NCBI GenBank assembly: GCA_963764165.1
Contig: CAVXRD010000001.1
Location: forward strand, 160,001 to 224,000
Reading direction: 5' to 3'
DNA length: 64,000 bases
From: an uncultured Verrucomicrobiae bacterium
GTDB taxonomy: Bacteria > Verrucomicrobiota > Verrucomicrobiia > Limisphaerales > Palsa-1400
Part shown: positions 28,901 to 37,670 of the stretch, piece by piece
How positions within the stretch are numbered: the first letter of the stretch is position 1
Layout of the letters: each line of letters starts with the position of its first letter
The notes under the pieces: model-generated
Seen by the model: the letters and a program-made list of their open reading frames with translations, nothing else
Database searches by the model: none
Told to the model about the DNA's origin: nothing
Made by a program: the position numbers and the translations under genes

Positions 28901-31900
28901 TAAGAATCTCTTGGCTGGAAAACGCTCCATTCCACGCTCACGCGAGCGTGGCTCCGTTGAAGCCTCCAAGGAAAGCAGTCACTCATTGGTGTTGCCCGTC
29001 ATTCCACGCTCACGCGAGCGTGGCTCCGTTGAAGCCTGTACGTGGGGCAGCGCACGCACGCGAACCCGTACCATTCCACGCTCACGCGAGCGTGGCTCCG
29101 TTGAAGCTGATCGCGTGATTATTGCGTCAACAATCATTTTTTGCATTCCACGCTCACGCGAGCGTGGCTCCGTTGAAGCGAGACTACCAGCTCCGTCCAA
29201 TGCACTGATGGCACCCATTCCACGCTCACGCGAGCGTGGCTCCGTTGAAGCAAAAAGGACGGCGAAATTTGGTATCTCAAAAACTCAGCATTCCACGCTC
29301 ACGCGAGCGTGGCTCCGTTGAAGCGACGCTCGCGTGATTCTCACCAATTGGGGGACGTGCGCATTCCACGCTCACGCGAGCGTGGCTCCGTTGAAGCGTC
29401 ATCGACGTAACAAATACTTTGTTCTGCACGTCCATTCCACGCTCACGCGAGCGTGGCTCCGTTGAAGCATTTCCTCTCGACTCGCCATCGGTTCATGGTT
29501 TGGAACATTCCACGCTCACGCGAGCGTGGCTCCGTTGAAGCTGCTCAGTTGGCGGCCGAATGCGGCATGACGATGACCATTCCACGCTCACGCGAGCGTG
29601 GCTCCGTTGAAGCATTGTACCGTGGTAAACGTCTGGTTTCTGCATCTTACATTCCACGCTCACGCGAGCGTGGCTCCGTTGAAGCTCTAATTTTCTTGGG
29701 AGGAACACAAATTCCCTTCGTCATTCCACGCTCACGCGAGCGTGGCTCCGTTGAAGCATGTTGGATTACGCAAAGATATTCGTGAAGATATTCATTCCAC
29801 GCTCACGCGAGCGTGGCTCCGTTGAAGCCTCCTGCGCTTTAGCCATTGCAATGAACTTGCTGGCCCATTCCACGCTCACGCGAGCGTGGCTCCGTTGAAG
29901 CGTCCGGGTCAATCCGATGCGGGACGATGGCGAGCGCATTCCACGCTCACGCGAGCGTGGCTCCGTTGAAGCAAAAAGTCGAGGGAGAACCTAAGTTTAT
30001 AATGCCCACATTCCACGCTCACGCGAGCGTGGCTCCGTTGAAGCCGAATGAGTCAAGAGACATTTTTTAACCCTTCGTAAACATTCCACGCTCACGCGAG
30101 CGTGGCTCCGTTGAAGCGACAGACAATTTCACGACGACGGGCAGCAATTCGACATTCCACGCTCACGCGAGCGTGGCTCCGTTGAAGCTTGGCCCAGGAG
30201 CGAAAGCGAAAGAATCCCCCCCCCCATTCCACGCTCACGCGAGCGTGGCTCCGTTGAAGCCATTGATGCGCCGGAATTGGTCATGGGTTTCAGCCTCATT
30301 CCACGCTCACGCGAGCGTGGCTCCGTTGAAGCGAGCAGCGCGGGCTTCGACCCGCATCCGGGAATCACTCATTCCACGCTCACGCGAGCGTGGCTCCGTT
30401 GAAGCATATCGTGTTGACAGCGAATCGGTCGCTCACGCCGTGCATTCCACGCTCACGCGAGCGTGGCTCCGTTGAAGCATCGTTTTCTCAGCCTCGGCGA
30501 GCTTCGCGTTGGTGCATTCCACGCTCACGCGAGCGTGGCTCCGTTGAAGCATTTCCGGCGAGATCAAGCGCATAGTTACCAAGCCATCATTCCACGCTCA
30601 CGCGAGCGTGGCTCCGTTGAAGCCTGATTTTCTGTGCCTACTCCCCTCCCGCGCTGCATCATTCCACGCTCACGCGAGCGTGGCTCCGTTGAAGCCCGGA
30701 TTTCTCGGCGTGCTGAAAGGTGATGCTGAAACATTCCACGCTCACGCGAGCGTGGCTCCGTTGAAGCCGTAAGAATGGAAAGAGTCAAGAAGTGAATCAA
30801 CGCCCATTCCACGCTCACGCGAGCGTGGCTCCGTTGAAGCGCGCGGCGCAGCCCCTCTCCAAGGGATGTTCCATCCACATTCCACGCTCACGCGAGCGTG
30901 GCTCCGTTGAAGCCATCACCATTTATAGCGGGGGCGCGGGTTACAGCACATTCCACGCTCACGCGAGCGTGGCTCCGTTGAAGCATTGCGATGACGTTGA
31001 GTGTCTGCAAATTCTCCGCTCATTCCACGCTCACGCGAGCGTGGCTCCGTTGAAGCGTCCCGCACGAAGTAGTGATGGGCGGCGCGCGCGCTCATTCCAC
31101 GCTCACGCGAGCGTGGCTCCGTTGAAGCTTCATGGCCGCTCCTTGAAGTCCCTTTTCGCCCGCCCATTCCACGCTCACGCGAGCGTGGCTCCGTTGAAGC
31201 CGCGCTGGCAGGATTGCTAACGGGAGAAACAAGCGCCATTCCACGCTCACGCGAGCGTGGCTCCGTTGAAGCGATGTATTGATGGATTTTGAAGGCCAGA
31301 TGAGTCTGGCATTCCACGCTCACGCGAGCGTGGCTCCGTTGAAGCGCAGGCCCTGTCACAACAAATCCTCCGACATGGGACCATTCCACGCTCACGCGAG
31401 CGTGGCTCCGTTGAAGCGCATGTTTGTTGAGCGTGGCTGGATATTCCATTCCGACATTCCACGCTCACGCGAGCGTGGCTCCGTTGAAGCTCTTTTGTTT
31501 TTCTCCGGCTTCATGCCTTTGATGGACATTCCACGCTCACGCGAGCGTGGCTCCGTTGAAGCCTCGTTGCATTGCTCTTCACCGTTCTCATATCGCTCAT
31601 TCCACGCTCACGCGAGCGTGGCTCCGTTGAAGCCCCATTGCGAGGTTGTGCTGTTGTAAATCAGGTGTAACATTCCACGCTCACGCGAGCGTGGCTCCGT
31701 TGAAGCGTTTAACATTATTTGAAGGGTCAAAATACCCCTATAATCATTCCACGCTCACGCGAGCGTGGCTCCGTTGAAGCCACGCATCTGGCGACGTGGC
31801 GTGAAAGCTCAAGTGGCATTCCACGCTCACGCGAGCGTGGCTCCGTTGAAGCTGCCGAATTACGAGAATAATCCATTCCTATCGGCGGCACATTCCACGC

Positions 31901-32579
31901 TCACGCGAGCGTGGCTCCGTTGAAGCCATGTGAACACCTAGCGCATGGATTGTTTCCAGGGCCATTCCACGCTCACGCGAGCGTGGCTCCGTTGAAGCAA
32001 CATAGTCAACAATCCCATCTGGAGATCGTGAGGCCATTCCACGCTCACGCGAGCGTGGCTCCGTTGAAGCCGGCTTGGGGTTGGCTGGTTTGCCGTTGCT
32101 ACGACAGCATTCCACGCTCACGCGAGCGTGGCTCCGTTGAAGCAATTTCTGGCACTGGCGGGAAATTGGTCAGCCAACGGCATTCCACGCTCACGCGAGC
32201 GTGGCTCCGTTGAAGCAATAGCGGACTTGGTAACATTGGGAAAACTCGGTATGCATTCCACGCTCACGCGAGCGTGGCTCCGTTGAAGCACCATTCATCT
32301 TAAATATATAAACTTTTTAGTATAAACATTCCACGCTCACGCGAGCGTGGCTCCGTTGAAGCATACAGGATTGTCATTAGGCCAATAAAAAGCCCAATCA
32401 TTCCACGCTCACGCGAGCGTGGCTCCGTTGAAGCTAAGTTTCGGAGGGAAATTAATCAGCGAGGGCCTTGACATTCCACGCTCACGCGAGCGTGGCTCCG
32501 TTGAAGCTAAGCATTTTATTACTTATTTGTGCTAGTAGGCACTCATTCCACGCTCACGCGAGCGTGGCTCCGTTGAAGC
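25957..32579 (+). CRISPR. Type I-G CRISPR array, 92 repeats / 91 spacers (manual count)
   Basis: 36 bp repeat CATTCCACGCTCACGCGAGCGTGGCTCCGTTGAAGC (stem CCACGCTC/GAGCGTGG), spacers ~35-38 bp. Confidence 0.99.
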
Positions 32580-33200
32580 AATGTCCACTCTTGCACAGCG
32601 CATCACCGGCAGATGCACAATGTACATGCAATAACTGTAACCGCCTATTGCCATTAAGACGCGATTCTCGTAAAAGCGTTTCGGAATTCCATGCAGCGCG
32701 GTGGGATCGATTGACCAAAACAAAAGGGCAGAGAAAAATATCGCCAAAGCGCTATAAAATAAATCTCTGAGCAGAGGATGATGGATGGGATCAAACCCAC
32801 CGGCCGCCAGCGCCGCCAGCAGCAGTCCCGCGATTGCGCCCGCGTATTTGCAAAGCTTTCTTGCTAACCTTTCTCCATTGGGCAGGCGCATCAGCAACGC
32901 CAAGAGCGCGCCCGCTGCCAAAGAATCCGCGCGCGTGGGCGTCAAAGTGTATAGAACAAACCAACTCGCCCCACTGGCAGTCAGAATCAATCGCACGACA
33001 ATCTCGCCGAACATTATTCCAAGACAAATCCCAACCAGTTTGCGGTGCGAAAACGAAAAAATCACCAGCGGCCAGATCAAGTAAAATTGCTCTTCCACCG
33101 ACAGCGACCAAAGCGGCATGAGCATTTCTGTCCACTGATCCCACACCTTCTGCATCGCCACCCAAAAATTTGCGGTATAAGTCCAAAGCCATGGCTGTGC
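32580..33200 (-). pseudogene. Internal fragment of an acyltransferase-3 (OafA-like) membrane protein
   Basis: PWLWTYTANF..LWSLSVEEQFYLIWP..RADSLAAGALLA..GGYSYCMYIVHLP; lacks both N- and C-termini. Confidence 0.85.
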
Positions 33201-34165
33201 CAGAGGATGCACAACATCTTTCGGGCAAGAGCAATGCGGGCACGCTTATTGCCGCAAGCCGGTGCAAGACGCACCAGAAACGCATAGAGCTCCGGGGCAT
33301 TTGTCGGTCGGATGCGGAATGCGGCCTCCACCATGATCGTTCGCAAGGTTCTCGAACCCTGATTAGTAATGCTGCCGAAGCGGATGCTTTCACCGCTTGA
33401 TCGCTGCCTCGGGATGAGGCCGGAGAAGCTGGAGATGTGCTTGGCAGAGGCGAATCGAGTGAAGTCGCCGACCTCCGCAATGATGGTGAGAGCCGTCACG
33501 ATGCCGATGTCCGGCATACTTCGCAAAATGGGAATGAGTGGCTCGTCCTTGGCGATCTTCTCGCAACGGGAATCGCATTCGGCAATGCGGCGGTCCAGTT
33601 CTTCGATGAGCGTATGCAGCTCCTTCATCGGAACGTCATCACCGGCCATGATGCCAGCTTTCCCGGCTTTCGAGAGCGGGTTTCTGCAAGCAATGCGGTG
33701 CAATCCGATGATGGTCGCCATACCGTGCAGTCGATTTTTAGCGCTCACCCGGAGCCGAACCAGATATGCACGATGCCGGAGGACAATGCGGAGACCGTAA
33801 GTGGAATCCGGGACGCGATAGCTCTCCGGCAAGTATCCCAGACGAAGCAGATTGGCGAGAGCGCGGGCGTGTCCCAAGTCATGCTTTTGGGTGCTTTGGG
33901 CGATGAGGCGCACTTTGTTCACGTTCGCCGGATGCACCTCGACGCCGGCTTCTTCAAGGAGGGCCGCCACCCATCGCCATCCGCAGGTCGGCTCCAACGC
34001 CGCCTGGACGTCAGGCCCAGGGGCGGGCAGACGCTTTGAAGTTTTGATAATATTATCGGGATGGCAGGGAACGGAGTCCTTCCAAACCTCGTTTCCTTCG
34101 CCATCGAGAAGTACCCACACGGACGAGCGTTTGTGCAGGTCGATCCCAAGTGTATGTGTTCTCAT
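33077..34165 (-). mobile_element. IS110-family transposase, 3' end apparently fused to foreign sequence
   Basis: GIDLHK, ALEPT, KHDLGHA, YLPESY, GDFTRF, RSSG, ALARKMLCILW. Confidence 0.9.
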
Positions 34166-34294
34166 ACATCTTTTGGTAAAGATTGATAAAGGGGCTGGCC
34201 CGACTAAAGCGAGCCCCTTTATGATACCGAAAGGGGGTCACAGCGTCATGTATGTAGCTAGTGTCAGCGCGGATTTTTAATTTCGGAACTGAAG

Positions 34295-34672
34295 TTGACA
34301 CTGTGTGACGGCCAGTCCTGGCAACCCATTTCAGACTGCCTTCGGAAATCCACTTTCGAAATTGACCGTCGGCATACAAACCGCAGGCACTATCACTTCC
34401 TTTTTACAGGACGCCCGGTCCGCGCGGTCTCGGTCAAAACCTGCATTACGCTCAAGGTTCGTTGGGAAGAGTTGGGCGGCGGCTTTGCCCATGTCAGCGA
34501 GTCCAATCCCGCTCTCAACGGCGTGAATTGCATCACCAAATGCTTGGAACATGAGCTGAGCAGGGACGATTGCTACGAGTCGGCCAAGTTCGGCGGCGGA
34601 ACCTGTGACCTGATGCTGTCCAAGGCGGTTTGGAAGGCTTCCAACCACGCCCGCCGACAGACGGGCCGTTGA
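34295..34672 (+). pseudogene. Degenerate HUH Rep-like gene (remnant of a third element)
   Basis: RRHYHFLFTG..WEELGGG..CITKCL..YESAKFG is homologous to 41667 and 49274; motif I deleted, motif III Tyr replaced by Cys. Confidence 0.75.
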
Positions 34673-34726
34673 GCACGCGGCACAAAGTCCCGCCCATGCG
34701 TGATGGGGCACTTGCCCCCGGTGATG

Positions 34727-34883
34727 GCTTGAAGATCCACTATGTCCACGCCCGGTCAACCACCTGGCGCTCGGATGCCAGAAGCCTTGCCGACACGGCT
34801 AAAAAGGAAAATTGCCACGCCCTGCGTGGCCCTGCGCATCCCCCTTCCCAAACAACTAGCCCAGCGGCAATGAGCGATTCAAA
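34727..34883 (+). repeat. Conserved ~160 bp non-coding element, copy 1
   Basis: gcttgaaga..cactatgt..cccggtcaaccac..cggctaaaaaggaaaa..gccacgccctgcgtggc..cccaaacaactagcccagcggcaatgagcgattcaaa; also at 42288 and 50235. Confidence 0.9.
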
Positions 34884-34959
34884 CTAGCGCGAAGCGCCCA
34901 GCTAAAACGCGAGCCGTTCGGTGCGCCTCATGTGCAAAAGACGTGGCAATGACCGTTTT

Positions 34960-35292
34960 TCACGGTCCAGGCCATTTTAAACGTTCTCTTAGAGATTCGG
35001 GGACGATCTTGAAAAGTTCCTTGATGCAATTTGTAATAGGACTATGGAGGGCATGAGCAGGATTATTTCCGCGCTCGTAGAAAATTCGAGCTTGTGAATT
35101 CAGCCAGTCAATATCGTACTCCGTAAAGTCGGCATTAAGCAATAGTCGTGGCAGATTATGCACCAATTCCATTTCAGGGTAGAGGGAACCATACGTAAAG
35201 CGTTTCCACGCCGTGTGAGTTTGCAAATTCCGCATCGCCGGAAGCATCCGATCAAGAATTCCAAGATAAAGTTCCTGTTTTTGCGTTAACAT
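34960..35292 (-). CDS. Putative immunity protein for toxin A
   Basis: 110 aa, lower GC, starts 7 bp after the toxin stop. Confidence 0.7.
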   Translation of the reverse strand: MLTQKQELYLGILDRMLPAMRNLQTHTAWKRFTYGSLYPEMELVHNLPRLLLNADFTEYDIDWLNSQARIFYERGNNPAHALHSPITNCIKELFKIVPESLRERLKWPGP

Positions 35293-35299
35293 GCGAGCC

Positions 35300-36283
35300 T
35301 TATGGTTGCGTCATCTTATAGGTCGTCGATGGAGAGCCTTGGTCCCAGCTTCCTGTGCTTAGAAAATCGTTTATGTATTTCGGATTGCCCGTCTTCGCGT
35401 AAAACATTAACGCAGCCGTCATCCGGTGATTTCCTTCGCTGATAATATAACGATTACCGCTTTTGTAGCCGCCAATCGTCGGGATAGCCGAACGGTCCTT
35501 GGGCGTGCTGCCGTACTCAGAAGGAACATTTCTCACGGGTTTTCCCGCAGCCATATCTTCTAGCAATTGCGGAATTTGATCAAACTTCTGCGCATCCAAA
35601 CCAGATTGCATTGATTCAACATCGACCCCGGGAGGAGCTTGGACTTCAAGCGGGAATTGGGGCGGCGGCACCGGGACGTTTGCTGATGGTGGTTGCGCCC
35701 CTGCATTTTGCACAGCAGTTGCATATCTGAAACCCATGTTCACCCCCCAAAGAGCAGTAACAATCATGGTGGCCGAAGCGACTTTTTGGTTGTAAGTAGC
35801 ATTCGGACTTAAGAGTATCGGGCCAAAGGCCCCAACGCCATAACCTGCACCAAATGCGCTCGCACCGGCAGCAAAACCCGGGAAAGCCACCCCTAGTGGG
35901 CCAAGCACTCCGCCAACACCTGCGCCGATTAAAACTTCTTGAAGCGTAACTACTCGACCTTGAGCCTCAGCATTAACCCCTGCGGATAGTCCTCCGATGG
36001 TAGCGCCGATTCCAACTGAAACTAGCACGTCGGCTAAGTCATGCCCACTGGGGTCCATGTGATTTGCCGGATTGGCTTCGCAGTAGAGGTATTTATGAAG
36101 GCCCAACGGGTCGGTTTGGGTGCCCTCGTCGGTATCCATCGTGATACCGGCGACGTATGCGATTTTTCCCGCCGAAGCCCCGGCGTCGTAGGCCCCCTGG
36201 CCCGCCCGCGTGAGCGCGTGCGCGTTGGACGGGGAAAGCCCGCCCAGGAGAACGGCTAAAAGAATGGACAGCCAGCGATGCAC
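35300..36283 (-). CDS. Signal peptide fused to orphan RHS tip A (hydrophobic segment + ParB/Srx-like toxin domain)
   Basis: GTG start MHRWLSILLAVLLGGLSPSNAHA; RHS core end MDTDEG..LHKYLYCEANPANHMDPSG; ParB-like YIISEGNHRMTAA. Confidence 0.75.
   Translation of the reverse strand: MHRWLSILLAVLLGGLSPSNAHALTRAGQGAYDAGASAGKIAYVAGITMDTDEGTQTDPLGLHKYLYCEANPANHMDPSGHDLADVLVSVGIGATIGGLSAGVNAEAQGRVVTLQEVLIGAGVGGVLGPLGVAFPGFAAGASAFGAGYGVGAFGPILLSPNATYNQKVASATMIVTALWGVNMGFRYATAVQNAGAQPPSANVPVPPPQFPLEVQAPPGVDVESMQSGLDAQKFDQIPQLLEDMAAGKPVRNVPSEYGSTPKDRSAIPTIGGYKSGNRYIISEGNHRMTAALMFYAKTGNPKYINDFLSTGSWDQGSPSTTYKMTQP
36127..36152. other. Putative recombination (att) site A
   Basis: cgtcggtatc-catcgt-gataccggcg: 10 bp inverted arms (9/10) around 6 bp, exactly where RHS homology stops. 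Confidence 0.7.
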
Positions 36284-36329
36284 GTCGGCGGCGATTTTAC
36301 GGGGAGAACGGCCCGGAGGCGAGGCTGAT

Positions 36330-37526
36330 TTATTCCCCCTCGGCCAGAGCCTCGGCGTCCAGCGCGGCCAGCAACTCAGCCCTGGCCGTGAGATCGACGG
36401 CGGGTGCGGCTGCGCCTGGCGTGGTTTCCGGCGCGTTGCTCGGCGCGATAAAGTTGAACTCCGCTTGCGCATCCGGCGCGGCGGTTGCGCTCTCAGGAGT
36501 GGGTGCCTGTTCGCTGTGATTGGGTGAAGGCTCCGCCTTCATTTTAGCGGGATGAAAACGATCATGCACCAACTTGAGATGGGCGATGGCGACATGGGTG
36601 TACACGCGCGTGCTCTCCAAAGAGGAATGACCGAGCATGGCCTGGATGTAGCGAATGTCGCAGCCCGCCTCCAAAAGCTGCGTGGCCATCGTGTGGCGGA
36701 ACAAGTGGCAACTGCCCCGGCGCGTGATGCCGGCGGCGCGAAAGATGTAGCGCACCTGCGAGCCAAGCCGGTTGGGATTGACTCGCACGCCCTTGGTATT
36801 CACGAACACGGCGGATTCGGCCACGGCGGAACAAAGCAGCGGTCGCGCTTCCAGCAGGTATTTTTCCAGCCACTGCAAGGCCCGCTCGCCAATCGGCACC
36901 ACCCGGTCTTTGCCGCCCTTGCCCTGCTCAATCCAGACAAAGCCCCGGTCAAAGTCCACGTCGCCTTTGTTGAGTTGACAGAGTTCGGCCCGGCGCATTC
37001 CGGTCGAATAGAGGACTTCCAGCGCGGCCCGGTTGCGCAACCCGGTGGGCTTGGCGAGATCAGGCACGTTCAACACCGATTCGATTTCAGCGGGCGAAAG
37101 CAGCGCATGGGGCAAACGCCGCGAGGTGCGCCCGTACTCGAGATCGCTGGCCGGATTGTAAAGTATAAGGCTTTGCTTGGTCAGCCAGCCGAAAAAACTG
37201 GCGATGATGCTGACGGCGTGATTCTGCGTCTCGACCGCCAGCGGCTCGCCGTCCTTTTTCCGGTAGTGGTAAAGGTAGGACTGATAATTGAAGATGACGG
37301 CGCGTGTGACCTGGCGGGCCTGGGTCAGCCCGGCCTGCTCGCAGAACGAACGGAAGGGCCGCAGCATTTTGCTGCGCGTGTAAACCGTCTGCGGCGAAAA
37401 GTGATGCACGCGCAAGTGTTCCAGGTAGCGGGCCATGAGGTAAAGCAGCCCCTGCGGGTCTTCATGCTCGGAAGGCTTATGACGCGACAGGTCTTGCTCG
37501 GCTAGATGGGCGTAATAGGTTCTCAC
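36330..37526 (-). CDS. XerC-like tyrosine recombinase, copy 1
   Basis: TGMRRAE, GKGGKDRVVP, HLFRH, MLGHS, TRVYTH catalytic set; SAM-like N-terminal region. Confidence 0.93.
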   Translation of the reverse strand: MRTYYAHLAEQDLSRHKPSEHEDPQGLLYLMARYLEHLRVHHFSPQTVYTRSKMLRPFRSFCEQAGLTQARQVTRAVIFNYQSYLYHYRKKDGEPLAVETQNHAVSIIASFFGWLTKQSLILYNPASDLEYGRTSRRLPHALLSPAEIESVLNVPDLAKPTGLRNRAALEVLYSTGMRRAELCQLNKGDVDFDRGFVWIEQGKGGKDRVVPIGERALQWLEKYLLEARPLLCSAVAESAVFVNTKGVRVNPNRLGSQVRYIFRAAGITRRGSCHLFRHTMATQLLEAGCDIRYIQAMLGHSSLESTRVYTHVAIAHLKLVHDRFHPAKMKAEPSPNHSEQAPTPESATAAPDAQAEFNFIAPSNAPETTPGAAAPAVDLTARAELLAALDAEALAEGE

Positions 37527-37602
37527 CGTTTTTTCTTTAGTTGTCCTCTCTTACGGCTGTTAAACCACTAACAACTAAAGAGATAAGAGCGTCACGGACG
37601 GC

Positions 37603-37670
37603 TGACGATTTCATGACGAAGCGTGACGAAAGATGTTTTTGGGATGACGATTTCCCCTTCATGCTGACGA
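37603..37670 (+). repeat. Helically phased TGACGA repeats, copy 1
   Basis: TGACGA at 37603, 37614, 37624, 37645, 37665. Confidence 0.75.

Noticed and set aside
25957..32579. Spacers targeting the integrated elements or RHS genes in this window
   Set aside because: None seen by eye; an exhaustive alignment was not possible, so this is unresolved rather than excluded.
25705..32770. ORFs with repeated IPRSRERGSVEA / FHAHASVAPLK peptides
   Set aside because: Translations of CRISPR repeats.
36284..36472. Longer N-terminus for the toxin A ORF (start 36472)
   Set aside because: Overlaps the integrase 3' end; the homologous ORF B starts at the position equivalent to 36283.
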